Shown here: positions 9,111 to 18,690 of the stretch, one piece after another | Layout of the letters: each line of letters opens with the position of its first letter | Numbering within the stretch: position 1 is the stretch's first letter | Source of the DNA: a virus | Taxonomy: Duplodnaviria; Caudoviricetes | DNA length: 60,040 bases | IMG/VR virus record: IMGVR_UViG_3300025154_000101 | Span: 1 to 60,040 of that record | Strand: one strand, 5' to 3' | Translations under genes and position numbers: made by a program | The notes under the pieces: generated by a model | What the model was told of the DNA's origin: nothing | What the model saw: only the letters and a program-made list of their open reading frames with translations | Databases searched by the model: none

Positions 9111-10362
9111 TATTGACCTTGAAAAAAGTGTGCTAGGCTGCTTGTTGTCTGGGAAAATAGACAGAATTATTGAACTTAGCGAAAATGACTTCTTAAATGA
9201 ATCAACTAAATTCGTTTACAAAGTAATAGCTTTCATGTACGAAAAGCAGCAGCCAATAGACACTGTAACCGTGTCCGACAAAATGAGCAAGCGCCTGCCA
9301 GATTCCCTTAAATATGTGACCGACCTAGTTAACGGTATCCCAACACCAGAAAACATAAGCCACTACGTAACCGAGTTGCAAAAATACACTATGGCAAGGG
9401 AAGTCATAAAAGCGTCGGATAAAGCAAGAGAAATTGTAGAGACAGGGAATTATGAAAATGCAGTATGCCTAAAAAACGATGTGCAACAGTTGTTTGACAT
9501 AAAGACTTTCATTAAAAGGAATGACGATTACAAGATATCCAGCATAGTAAAACGGGCCAGGAGAGACATGGAGGAAAAGTCTATTGCGAAGGATAATGGG
9601 AAGCTTTTTACCGGGTACTACGACCTTGACAGGATAACCGCAGGACTTCACCCAGAGGAGTTCACATTGATTGCCGCCCGGCCCGGCGTAGGGAAAACAG
9701 CCTTTGCACTTCAACTCATGCTTAAATTGGCAGAAAAAGGAAATAACTGTTTGTTTGTATCTCGCGAAATGTCAAGCTTGCAGATAGTAAAAAGAATCCT
9801 TTCCAGTGTATCCGAAGTAGATGGGCATAAAATGAGGCTATGCAGAACCCTTGACGATGCAGATTGGCAGAAAATAGGAATAGCTGAGGATAAAATAGAA
9901 ACCCTTCCTGTCGAAATAAACGACAAGCTTTCAACCGTCCAGGAAATCCGGGCATACTGCCGAGAACTCAAAGTGCAAGATAGACTTGACTTGCTGATAG
10001 TTGACTATCTGCAGCTTTGCAAGTCAATGAAAAGAACAGAGGGACGGCGGCAGGAAGTCGAAGATATATCCCGGACATTAAAAGAAATGTCCTTGGAATT
10101 TGGAATCCCAGTTATAGCGCTCAGCCAACTTTCAAGGGAAAGTGTAAATTCAGGAGAACCAGAACTACATCACTTAAGGGAATCTGGGAGTCTCGAACAA
10201 GATGCCGACAATGTTATTTTCCTTCACGTTCCGAAAGACACTAACGAACAAGCAGAAATGTTCGAAATTAAAATTATAGTAGCAAAACAGCGTAACGGAG
10301 CCACAGGGTACATAATGCTGAGATATTATAGGAGGACATTTAGACTATGCAACTTAATGTGA
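9097..10362 (+). CDS. dnaB: Replicative DNA helicase, DnaB family
   Basis: Walker A AARPGVGKT, IVDYLQL, ALSQLSR, LRESGSLEQDAD, AKQRNG. Confidence 0.95.
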   Translation: MYPNNIDLEKSVLGCLLSGKIDRIIELSENDFLNESTKFVYKVIAFMYEKQQPIDTVTVSDKMSKRLPDSLKYVTDLVNGIPTPENISHYVTELQKYTMAREVIKASDKAREIVETGNYENAVCLKNDVQQLFDIKTFIKRNDDYKISSIVKRARRDMEEKSIAKDNGKLFTGYYDLDRITAGLHPEEFTLIAARPGVGKTAFALQLMLKLAEKGNNCLFVSREMSSLQIVKRILSSVSEVDGHKMRLCRTLDDADWQKIGIAEDKIETLPVEINDKLSTVQEIRAYCRELKVQDRLDLLIVDYLQLCKSMKRTEGRRQEVEDISRTLKEMSLEFGIPVIALSQLSRESVNSGEPELHHLRESGSLEQDADNVIFLHVPKDTNEQAEMFEIKIIVAKQRNGATGYIMLRYYRRTFRLCNLM

Positions 10363-10652
10363 TTTCCAGAGAGCAGGCCGCGCTCGAATTCATAGACAGT
10401 ACTTATACGATCGCCATTGCACAAATGAGGGATATGCCATACAAGGAGTATCTCAAAACAGCACATTGGCAACATTTCAAACAAGAGACGTTGAAGTTTT
10501 ATCGATACACATGCCAATTATGTGACGGAAAGAATAAGCAATTAGATGTGCATCACAGAAACTATAACTATCTGGGATGTGAAACTTTCAATGATGTAAT
10601 CGTGATCTGCGACGATTGCCACGGTATACATCACGGGAAGGAGGTCACATGA
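10347..10652 (+). CDS. Small HNH endonuclease
   Basis: CQLC...LDVHHRNY...CDDCHGIHH. Confidence 0.8.
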   Translation: MQLNVISREQAALEFIDSTYTIAIAQMRDMPYKEYLKTAHWQHFKQETLKFYRYTCQLCDGKNKQLDVHHRNYNYLGCETFNDVIVICDDCHGIHHGKEVT

Positions 10653-10800
10653 AAGCACTCACACCTGAACAAATAGAGCAAGTCCGGAAGGAATATGCAA
10701 GCGGCAAGACAGATATGGAACTGGCAATGAAATACCTAGTGCATTACAGGACAATACAGAATTACTGCAAGGGGATAAAGCGGAAGAGGAGGGCGGGGTA

Positions 10801-11616
10801 ATGGAATTATACAGAGATCACTTCCAGAATTACAAAAGGTACAGCATTCCCAAGGCCCAACTCATCATAGCAGACATTCCCTTCAACCTCGGCAATTGGG
10901 CTTATGCTTCAAATCCAAGCTGGTATAAAGACGGCGACAACAAAAACGGTGAAAGCGAGCTTGCAGGGAAAGCTTTCTTTGACACCGACAAAGACTTCAA
11001 GATACCAGAATTTATGCACTTTGTATCAACAATGCTGAAGAAGGAGCCCAAGGAATCAGGACAAGCAGGCTGCATGATTGTGTTTTGTGAATTTGAACAG
11101 CAGTTTATACTAATAGAAGAAGGCAAGAAATACGGCTTTAATCACTACATAAACCTTGTTTTTAGAAAGAATTATTCGGCGCAGGTCTTAAAAGCCAACA
11201 TGAAAGTAGTCGGGAACTGTGAATATGCAATGCTTTTTTACAGGGACAAGCTGCCGAAATTCCGCAACAATGGCAAAATGATATTCAACTGTGTGGATAT
11301 TCCTGAAAACCAGTGTATGGACTATGAGCGTGATACTGAAACGCCAAAATTGCATCCAACTCAGAAGAGCATTCATGTTTTGAAAAACCTTATCAACATT
11401 TTTACAGACGTTGGGGACGTAGTAATCGACCCATGCGCAGGAAGTGGCGTGACCCTACTGGCAGCGGAGCAGTTGGGCAGGAAGTCGTATGGATTTGAAA
11501 TCAAAAAGGTATTCGTTGACGGCTTCAATTCCAAGCTGGCGCAGAACGTGCAGACTACCATATTTCAGCAGGAAGCAAGGCAAAAGCAACCGCAAAATCA
11601 AACAAGTCTATTTTGA
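10801..11616 (+). CDS. DNA methyltransferase (N4/N6 type, DIPF variant motif)
   Basis: IADIPF motif IV, HPTQK, DPCAGSG motif I. Confidence 0.85.
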   Translation: MELYRDHFQNYKRYSIPKAQLIIADIPFNLGNWAYASNPSWYKDGDNKNGESELAGKAFFDTDKDFKIPEFMHFVSTMLKKEPKESGQAGCMIVFCEFEQQFILIEEGKKYGFNHYINLVFRKNYSAQVLKANMKVVGNCEYAMLFYRDKLPKFRNNGKMIFNCVDIPENQCMDYERDTETPKLHPTQKSIHVLKNLINIFTDVGDVVIDPCAGSGVTLLAAEQLGRKSYGFEIKKVFVDGFNSKLAQNVQTTIFQQEARQKQPQNQTSLF

Positions 11617-11630
11617 AAGGAGGGTTTAAA

Positions 11631-12323
11631 TTGTTAGAGGTCAACAGGATTTACAATATGGATTGTATTGAGGGAATGAAGCTTATACCTGACAGCAGTG
11701 TTGATTTGATAGTTACGGACCCTCCGTATTTAATCGGCTACAAGACAAACAGAAGGCAAAACAAGGAGCATGCTTTTTGCAGCACCATTGCAAATGACGA
11801 TAATCCCGAGTTGATTGTGAATTATATTGCAGGTTGCTACAGGATAATGAAAGACGATACAGCTATGTATATGTTTTGTAGCTTTGATAAAGTGGATTTT
11901 TTCAAGCAGGAGCTTTCTAAATTCTTCGCAATAAAAAACATGATTATATGGGTTAAGAATAGCCATACAGCAGGGGACTTAGAAGCCCAATTTGGAAAAC
12001 AGTATGAAATTATATTCCTCGTTAACAAAGGGCGGGCACAAATAAGAGGTAAGCGCATTACGGACATATGGAGGGAGGAAAGGGTTGTTGGGAATGAGCA
12101 ACTCCATCAAAATCAAAAGCCGCTATACCTTATCGAAAAGTGCATTTTAAAACACAGTGACGAGGGGGGGCTTGTGTTTGATGGATTTATGGGAAGTGGC
12201 ACAACGGCGGTTGCGGCTCATAACTTCAAGCGCAATTTCTTAGGGTTTGAATTGGACAAGGGTTATTATGACATAGCACAAAAGAGGCTTGATGCAGTAA
12301 TGGCACAAGTAAGCATGTTTTAA
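11631..12323 (+). CDS. DNA methyltransferase (beta-class N4/N6)
   Basis: TDPPY, HQNQKP, DGFMGSGTT. Confidence 0.92.
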   Translation: MLEVNRIYNMDCIEGMKLIPDSSVDLIVTDPPYLIGYKTNRRQNKEHAFCSTIANDDNPELIVNYIAGCYRIMKDDTAMYMFCSFDKVDFFKQELSKFFAIKNMIIWVKNSHTAGDLEAQFGKQYEIIFLVNKGRAQIRGKRITDIWREERVVGNEQLHQNQKPLYLIEKCILKHSDEGGLVFDGFMGSGTTAVAAHNFKRNFLGFELDKGYYDIAQKRLDAVMAQVSMF

Positions 12324-12540
12324 CTAAAACTGTAAAGGAGAGGGAGAAGGATGAAAGGTTTATTTTATTTTAGCTTTAACAAAACAGCATGGAGGCAAAA
12401 AACTTTAGCAATAGGCATCGGCAGATATGTTATAGACGGTTGTGATTATATACCTAGATATTATTTGGCGATAGGGATAAATCTTATATTTTGGTATCTG
12501 ACTTTCGCCGTGAGATTATCAAGTAAGGAGGCTGAGTAGA

Positions 12541-12897
12541 TTGAGTGAGAGTCAAGAACAGCAAGCCCTATTCCAATGGGCAGCAATAGCTGAAAGACAA
12601 CATCCAGAACTGCGCCTACTACACGCCATACCAAATAGCGGTAAACGCCACATCGTAACAGCGGTCAGGATGAAAGCAGAGGGGCAAAAGGCAGGAGTGA
12701 GCGATATATTCCTTCCGGTAGCAAGAAAAGGCTTCCATGGACTGTATATCGAGTTAAAAGTAAAGGGTGGCAGACTGACAGAGAAGCAAAAAGAATGGAT
12801 ACAGCTAACCATATTGCAAGGTTACATGTCAATTGTATGCGTAGGGTGGGAAGATGCCAAGATGGAAATCGAGGGATATTTGGAGGGTGGAAAATGA
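12541..12897 (+). CDS. VRR-NUC domain nuclease
   Basis: ESQEQ...HAIPN...AGVSDIFL...LYIELK...QKEW. Confidence 0.88.
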   Translation: MSESQEQQALFQWAAIAERQHPELRLLHAIPNSGKRHIVTAVRMKAEGQKAGVSDIFLPVARKGFHGLYIELKVKGGRLTEKQKEWIQLTILQGYMSIVCVGWEDAKMEIEGYLEGGK

Positions 12898-13177
12898 AAC
12901 CACTACAGTACATAACAGCCTTAATACTCACCATTGCTTTAATACTTGTCCTATTTGCCACAAATCACGCAAAAACGAATACAGACACGTCCAAAATAAA
13001 AATTAGCTTCACGGGGCAAATAGAGCCTGTGAAAGTGGAATACGGAGAATTGCTGGAGAGGTTGGAGGAATTGGCAAGGGAGAATCTTTTACTAGAGCAA
13101 GAGAACAACGATTTGAAACATCAAGCGGAGGCGTTTGGGTGGCTAAAGAAAAGTATGGATAAGGAGGGAGTGAACCC

Positions 13178-13564
13178 ATGAGCGATTTCGGAGATTACAA
13201 ACACGTTAAGACAAGAAAACCACATCACTGTGTGTATTGTGGCAGAACTATACCAGCAGGCACAAATGCCAGAAACTATCACGGATTATGGCAAGGAGAC
13301 TGGCAGAATTGGTACACTTGCGGATTCTGTGAAAAGTTTGTTGAGCCTCAGTATGGCGAACCTGGCGAAGGTATTTCCGGAGACGAATTCTCAGAATGGC
13401 TTCGAGACTCAGATCATTTCAGATGTAAAAAATGTGAAAACAGCCATTACAGACACCACAATGGCCACAATTGGATTGATCTGACACATATTGAAATGGC
13501 GTGTGGAGATTGTGGCAATGAATGGATTACTGAGATACCAATTGAAAGCGAGGAAAACTTATGA
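13178..13564 (+). CDS. Cys-rich (zinc-binding) hypothetical protein
   Basis: Four CxxC pairs; RBS GGAGGG. Confidence 0.6.
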   Translation: MSDFGDYKHVKTRKPHHCVYCGRTIPAGTNARNYHGLWQGDWQNWYTCGFCEKFVEPQYGEPGEGISGDEFSEWLRDSDHFRCKKCENSHYRHHNGHNWIDLTHIEMACGDCGNEWITEIPIESEENL

Positions 13565-13930
13565 AACCTAAACCAGCTAAAATATACGTCAAAATCCCTC
13601 GCAAAATAACGCACATCCTAAAGCCCGATAGCGACATAACATACTGCGACATGCGGGTATTCGTGGACGAGAAGCATATACACGCCAAGAAGCCGAGAGG
13701 GTTATTGTGTGAGATTTGTAGAGAGGAAAGCGAGGTTGATGAGATATGAAAATCCGCAGATATCAAAAAGCCCATCTATGCAAGCATATAAAGCGCACGG
13801 GCAATGTACTTGTCTTTGTAAAGCCTACGTGTCCAACAGTGCAAAAATGGCCCAGTGTTGATTATGTGGCTAAAGCGCACTGTAGAGCTTGTGAATATTT
13901 TGAATTAAAGGAAAGCGAGGTTGAGAAGGA

Positions 13931-14416
13931 ATGACAGAGGAACAGAGAAAAAACCGCAACGAAACAAGTATAAAAGTACTTACAGATATGTGCGAGGAAC
14001 AGAAAATGTATTACAAATACGACAACAACAGCCTTAACCGCAGATTTGAATACGATTTAAAAATAATGGCTTTGTCGGTAGCTATTGAATCTATAAACAC
14101 TACCGAAGCCTTACAACAGGAACTTGACAGCTTGCGGAAGTGCTATGATGTGACAAATGAGAGCTGGAAGCAACAACAGCAGGAGATAGAACAGTTGAAA
14201 GCCTTTACTCCAAAGCACGGTGAATGTATTTATGATGCTGAACAGATACGGCTGATAATGGCACAAAACAAGCGACTACAGGCACAGGCGGGAAAGGCGA
14301 TAGAGGTTTTAACCGAATGGGAAACGTTAATTGTGAGCGGGCAATTTAAACATGACAGATGCACCAATAATTTAATCCATGAAGCCCTTTCCTTCCTGAA
14401 AGCAGGTGACATATGA
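13931..14416 (+). CDS. Coiled-coil hypothetical protein
   Basis: Overlapping start/stop with neighbours in the operon. Confidence 0.55.
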   Translation: MTEEQRKNRNETSIKVLTDMCEEQKMYYKYDNNSLNRRFEYDLKIMALSVAIESINTTEALQQELDSLRKCYDVTNESWKQQQQEIEQLKAFTPKHGECIYDAEQIRLIMAQNKRLQAQAGKAIEVLTEWETLIVSGQFKHDRCTNNLIHEALSFLKAGDI

Positions 14417-14676
14417 CACCGCAACAGCAAAAAGCAATTATCACACGCCTAGTCCATAGTCAACTGATCTCTGAAAGAGTAGAGATAAACCGCCGGGCAA
14501 TCACAGCCGTAATAACGGCAGTAGCGGTATCTTTGCATGATAAATATGACTGGAAACCAGATGAAATTAACAAGCTAGTTAAACTGACGGTAAATGAGTT
14601 TGAGGCTATAAACGAGAAGTATTTGACACTGGATGAATTGCTACAAATGGCAGAGGATATGGGGATAGTGATGTAG
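14413..14676 (+). CDS. Hypothetical protein
   Basis: Overlapping start/stop; RBS present. Confidence 0.55.
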   Translation: MTPQQQKAIITRLVHSQLISERVEINRRAITAVITAVAVSLHDKYDWKPDEINKLVKLTVNEFEAINEKYLTLDELLQMAEDMGIVM

Positions 14677-14700
14677 CACAAAATATAAATAATGCGCAAT
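14673..14700 (+). repeat. dif-like site c
   Basis: GTAGCACAAAA-TATAAA-TAATGCGCAAT, overlapping the upstream stop codon. Confidence 0.6.
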
Positions 14701-14750
14701 AAATCCATGTATATTAGTGGATTATGATGTAAGGAAATGGAGATAAAAGA

Positions 14751-14930
14751 ATGGGCAAAATTACGCAAATGGCGTTCAATCGGAAAGAAGCTTCTCAGTA
14801 TCTTGGAATTTCAGAAAAGACACTTGATAAGGCGCTGCAATCCGGGGAGATAAAATTTCGAAGGATCGGCAAGGCAATGCTGATACCAAAGGTGGAACTG
14901 GATCGGTTCTTGGAGGGAGATAGGATATGA
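14751..14930 (+). CDS. Excisionase-like HTH_17 protein (59 aa, absent from the ORF track)
   Basis: Translated by hand: MGKITQMAFNRKEASQYLGISEKTLDKALQSGEIKFRRIGKAMLIPKVELDRFL. Confidence 0.8.
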   Translation: MGKITQMAFNRKEASQYLGISEKTLDKALQSGEIKFRRIGKAMLIPKVELDRFLEGDRI

Positions 14931-15220
14931 GTATATTTTTTAAGATTTCAAGTGATGCAAAGATGGGCGTTGATACCGAGACTGGAGAACCCTGCCCAGC
15001 TTATATGAAGATAGCTGGATTTGATTTTGCAGAAGGAACACCCGAAGAGGACATAAAAAAAGCAGTATTGACATTGCTTCCCAAAGACATGATTCAACCT
15101 GAACACCTAACCATAATCACTGAAAAAGATTATATGGAAAGCACCGGTGAAGATGACTCAGATCAGGATATTGAGGATGAGGACAATTATTCTGACTATG
15201 ACGAAGAATTCGAAGAATAA
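14927..15220 (+). CDS. Acidic-tailed hypothetical protein
   Basis: RBS GGAGGG; very acidic C-terminus. Confidence 0.6.
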   Translation: MSIFFKISSDAKMGVDTETGEPCPAYMKIAGFDFAEGTPEEDIKKAVLTLLPKDMIQPEHLTIITEKDYMESTGEDDSDQDIEDEDNYSDYDEEFEE

Positions 15221-15239
15221 GTAAAGACGACATGACGAT

Positions 15240-15267
15240 ATTACAGAAAATAAAAATAATGCGAAGG
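15240..15267 (+). repeat. dif-like site d
   Basis: ATTACAGAAAA-TAAAAA-TAATGCGAAGG. Confidence 0.65.
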
Positions 15268-15276
15268 AGAGAGGAT

Positions 15277-15459
15277 ATGAAAAAATACAAATTGGAATTC
15301 ATACTTAGTGAAAAGGGTCTTGCTGTTAATGGCGAAAATGAAGGATTTGAACCATTAGAGTTGTTGGGACTACTTTCGTGGAAAAAACAAGATATTGAAA
15401 ACCAACTTTTTAACGGCATCAAACCTGATATCATTTCAAGAAAAGTTATAACTGAATAA
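15277..15459 (+). CDS. 60-aa hypothetical protein (cassette between sites d and e)
   Basis: RBS GAGAGG before ATG 15277. Confidence 0.65.
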   Translation: MKKYKLEFILSEKGLAVNGENEGFEPLELLGLLSWKKQDIENQLFNGIKPDIISRKVITE

Positions 15460-15485
15460 TTCACATAATCAGGATAATGCGAAAG
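15458..15485 (+). repeat. dif-like site e (best-conserved copy)
   Basis: AATTCACATAA-TCAGGA-TAATGCGAAAG; the arms form an imperfect inverted repeat. Confidence 0.7.
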
Positions 15486-15948
15486 AGGATAAGCAGGAGG
15501 TGAGGGGTTTGGCATTGGCTGATTATAAAATTTGGTTTGAAGCAGAATATAAACATCCGCCCGGAATGAAATGTATCGAATCGTTCCTCCGGCTTTATCC
15601 GCCCAAAGAGTATGATCCGACAGTGGAAAAAGTTAGTTATATTGTGCCGGAAGAATTTTGGAGAGAAAACCCATTAGACGGGTGAGGGAGGTAATCAATT
15701 GAATTTTTGTAAGTGTGGGAGCATAACAACCTTTGGCGTATGTAGCAACAAGCATTGTCCCGAGACAAACAGAGAGGCTACGGAATTGATAATAGACGGT
15801 ACGGAGTATAGATTTAAAGAACCGGTGACACGTAAAAAGGCTGTAGAATTAAAGCAGGCAGGATCAAAACTAATAATTAAGCAGCCGACCCCGATCAAAG
15901 AAAATGAGCACAAGATATGGGTAAATACTCCAACGTGGTGAGGTAACT

Positions 15949-16659
15949 ATGGGAATGACAGAGAAGGACCCGCGCCAAATTGCATATATAGCCCTTCTGG
16001 TAGCAATTACATGGTATAAGTTGATAGATTCTGAACAAGCGTTACGAATTGCGCGTGGGAGATCATCTGCTAAACCGGGGAGGAAACTCACGCCGGAGCT
16101 TCGGGAACAGATTATGAAACTTACCGAGAATCCAAATTTCAGGACATTCAACGGGATAGAGAAGAAATTTAAGATAAATCGATTTGACATTATAGAGAGT
16201 GAGGGTAAATGGCAAATGATAAAAATAGACAGCCTTATAAACAGAATCATGGTAGCTTTAATAAATTCTACAGAGCAGACAATTAAACAAGACGTAATTC
16301 CTATTTTAAAAATTATCAAAAAGCTATGCACAGAATGCGCGGCGCTCGAATGTGAGAAATGTACGGCAAACAGAATAATGTGCGGAAAGCTTACTTTTTG
16401 CGACAAGATAATGGAAGTAGAACCAACCTTGGAAGAATCAAAAGAACTACTGGAAAACCTTAAAATAAGCATCGTGCGACAACTGTGCGACAACTGTGCG
16501 ACATATACAGATCTAGGTGGAAGGGCAGTAAAAAGAAGTGTTCGAATAGATGAAAAAGTTATAGAAAAAATTGATAAATACCTTGAATACCATCCTCAAT
16601 TAAAAAACCAGGATTTTTATAGCTTTGCATCTTTGGAATACATGGAAAGGCATAAGTAA
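15949..16659 (+). CDS. Hypothetical protein with Cys clusters and possible C-terminal ribbon-helix-helix
   Basis: C-terminal KRSVRIDEKVIEKIDKY...FASLEYM. Confidence 0.5.
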   Translation: MGMTEKDPRQIAYIALLVAITWYKLIDSEQALRIARGRSSAKPGRKLTPELREQIMKLTENPNFRTFNGIEKKFKINRFDIIESEGKWQMIKIDSLINRIMVALINSTEQTIKQDVIPILKIIKKLCTECAALECEKCTANRIMCGKLTFCDKIMEVEPTLEESKELLENLKISIVRQLCDNCATYTDLGGRAVKRSVRIDEKVIEKIDKYLEYHPQLKNQDFYSFASLEYMERHK

Positions 16660-16685
16660 TGCAGTAAATAAAAATAATGCGTAGG
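16658..16685 (+). repeat. dif-like site f
   Basis: AATGCAGTAAA-TAAAAA-TAATGCGTAGG, overlapping the upstream stop codon. Confidence 0.65.
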
Positions 16686-16695
16686 AGGGTTTTAT

Positions 16696-17004
16696 GTGAG
16701 CAAGTTTGATTATAGCACTTTTTATGGTGGGTATGACGAATTGGCAGTAAGCAAAGAAAAGTACACCAAAGAACAGGCGATAGAAATTGCAAAAGTAGAA
16801 TTAGAATCTTTTAAAAAGCCTTATTCAATAGCAGTCGGAGAAGCGTATGTAAGACATAGAGCAGGCAGAAATGAAGATGGAGAGCCCTGCGTGGGGTGGT
16901 GGCTTGAATATAAAAACAGTAATAGAAGCTGCCCTGTGTGGTGTTTTCACAAGGAGCGGAAACAGGAAAGATTCCCAAACTACGATTATATCGAAGTCAC
17001 ATAA
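16696..17004 (+). CDS. Hypothetical protein (cassette between sites f and g)
   Basis: RBS GGAGGG adjoining site f; stop codon inside site g. Confidence 0.7.
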   Translation: MSKFDYSTFYGGYDELAVSKEKYTKEQAIEIAKVELESFKKPYSIAVGEAYVRHRAGRNEDGEPCVGWWLEYKNSNRSCPVWCFHKERKQERFPNYDYIEVT

Positions 17005-17021
17005 CCAGGAAAATACGCAAA
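16994..17021 (+). repeat. dif-like site g
   Basis: AAGTCACATAA-CCAGGA-AAATACGCAAA. Confidence 0.65.
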
Positions 17022-17039
17022 AAAAGAGAGCCAGAGCAT

Positions 17040-17615
17040 TCAACTCTGACTCTCAAATTGTCTTATATACCTGTACAACTGTGACCGGCTTTTCCCGATT
17101 AACCTTGCAAACTCTTCCCCGATAATCTCACCCAGTTTGAATTGGCTGTAATACTTTTCAAATTTTTCTGGCAACTCAACCGCAGGCCGGCCGAACCAAA
17201 CACCTGTTTTGGTGCCGTTTATCTTTGCGCTGGCGACTCCTTCCCGGATGCGGTCGTTTATCAGCCCCCTTTCCATTTCAGCCACAGCGCCCAGGATGGT
17301 CAAAAGAAATTGGTACATGTGGCCGCTGGTGTCAAAGCCCTCCTTGATAAAGTGGACGGTTACGCCCTGCTCCCGGAAGTATCGGCACAGTTCCCGGAGG
17401 TCGTCAACATTACGGCCTAATCGGGAAATTGCTTCACAGTAAATGTGATCGCCTGCTTTCGCTTCAGCCTTAAGCTTAATCAGCGCTGGCCGGTCTGCAT
17501 TTTTACCGCTCAATTTATCAATGTATCTGCGGTCTAATTTGATTCCATCCATGCAAAGTTCCTGACGTTTTTCGTTCTGATGGGTAGTGGATACACGCTC
17601 ATAACTATAATTCAT
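17040..17615 (-). CDS. Small serine recombinase (resolvase/invertase)
   Basis: YERVSTTHQ catalytic Ser motif, SRLGR, AVAEMER...GRP, C-terminal HTH. Confidence 0.93.
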   Translation of the reverse strand: MNYSYERVSTTHQNEKRQELCMDGIKLDRRYIDKLSGKNADRPALIKLKAEAKAGDHIYCEAISRLGRNVDDLRELCRYFREQGVTVHFIKEGFDTSGHMYQFLLTILGAVAEMERGLINDRIREGVASAKINGTKTGVWFGRPAVELPEKFEKYYSQFKLGEIIGEEFARLIGKSRSQLYRYIRQFESQS

Positions 17616-17827
17616 TGCAATACCTTCCCTTCAAATTCCACACAAGCAGCCACTACTCCACCTGGTTTCCTTAGTGTTTCAAGTGGGCAAATTGATACTT
17701 CCATAATTCCTCCTTGACATATTTTTTATATGGGTATAAAATAAAACTGTCGGAATAACCGGGCAAGCCCCGGATTCACGTTGGATTGAAATTTAATTAT
17801 ATACTATTGCTTAAGAGCAAGGAGAGA

Positions 17828-17850
17828 GGCCGGAATACCCGGCCTTTTCT
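17828..17850. terminator. Intrinsic terminator
   Basis: GGCCGG-AATAC-CCGGCC followed by a T-rich tail. Confidence 0.7.
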
Positions 17851-18408
17851 CTATTTTAATGACCAAGTTGTAGTAGTTTCGTAGTTCATATAGTACCAGT
17901 CTTTCCATGTTTCGTGTGGCAATGTCGATACATCGTAAGCTTTTCTTTTTTCACCCGGATAACTGTCGTTGATATAGTCATAATTAGAGCATAAATTGCC
18001 ATCAAACGATACTTTATTGGACGTGTGTGTTTCAGTTTTTTGGAGCCTGCGTAATACGTTTAGGTCAAATCCTTTATCGAGACAATTTACCCAAACGTAA
18101 TCACCATCAACCGTTTCCGCGCCCATAGAAGCCTTACCCTCATGGTATGCCCGATTGACCGCCGACATTACCAACCCCAGTTCATGACCCGTCAATCTGC
18201 CTGCAAGCTCTTTACCTATAAGTTTTTTGATGTGTGCTACTGTCTGACCGCCCTTGAAGCCGTCATAAGCTGCCATTGCGCGGGATTCTTTGTTACCTTT
18301 TCGTGGATTAAAAAATTCTGGTACTGGGTTATTGGTGCAGTCCATGCCATAGTTGACGAGCGAACAAGTGGTACAATCTCCGTTGTTTTGTGTGCAGTAT
18401 GATTTCAT
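17851..18408 (-). CDS. Hypothetical protein with N-terminal Cys cluster
   Basis: RBS GGAGGT; CTQNNGDCTTCSLVNYGMDC. Confidence 0.65.
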   Translation of the reverse strand: MKSYCTQNNGDCTTCSLVNYGMDCTNNPVPEFFNPRKGNKESRAMAAYDGFKGGQTVAHIKKLIGKELAGRLTGHELGLVMSAVNRAYHEGKASMGAETVDGDYVWVNCLDKGFDLNVLRRLQKTETHTSNKVSFDGNLCSNYDYINDSYPGEKRKAYDVSTLPHETWKDWYYMNYETTTTWSLK

Positions 18409-18523
18409 AAGGCACCTCCAAGATATATTCGGCTATATTCCCCGCCGTGGTTCAAGTGTGCGCTTTACCCTGCCACACCTAGCAGCAATATTAATAATTC
18501 GCCATTTTCCTGTAGATTCCTGC

Positions 18524-18673
18524 CTATTCAATATTCCTGATATCGATCTCGCCGTACTTCTCGTACCATTTCTCGTACAGCTGTTTATAGTCTGTATTTC
18601 CGGTCCGTGCATATTCATTCCATAATGCCTGCTGGATAAGTGATTTCAGGTATTCGTGGCGTTCTTGTGGCAT
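18524..18673 (-). CDS. 49-aa hypothetical protein just downstream of the ribozyme
   Basis: RBS AAGGAG; MPQERHEYLKSLIQQALW... Confidence 0.6.
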   Translation of the reverse strand: MPQERHEYLKSLIQQALWNEYARTGNTDYKQLYEKWYEKYGEIDIRNIE

Positions 18674-18690
18674 GGGATCAACTCCTTTTT

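Noticed and set aside
4795-13920. GAAAGCGAGG repeated at gene junctions (4795, 13544, 13726, 13911)
   Set aside because: Adequately explained as an extended Shine-Dalgarno sequence; no dyad structure
7659-17021. CRISPR array interpretation of the 28-bp repeats
   Set aside because: Spacing is gene-sized and irregular, copies are degenerate, and no cas genes were seen
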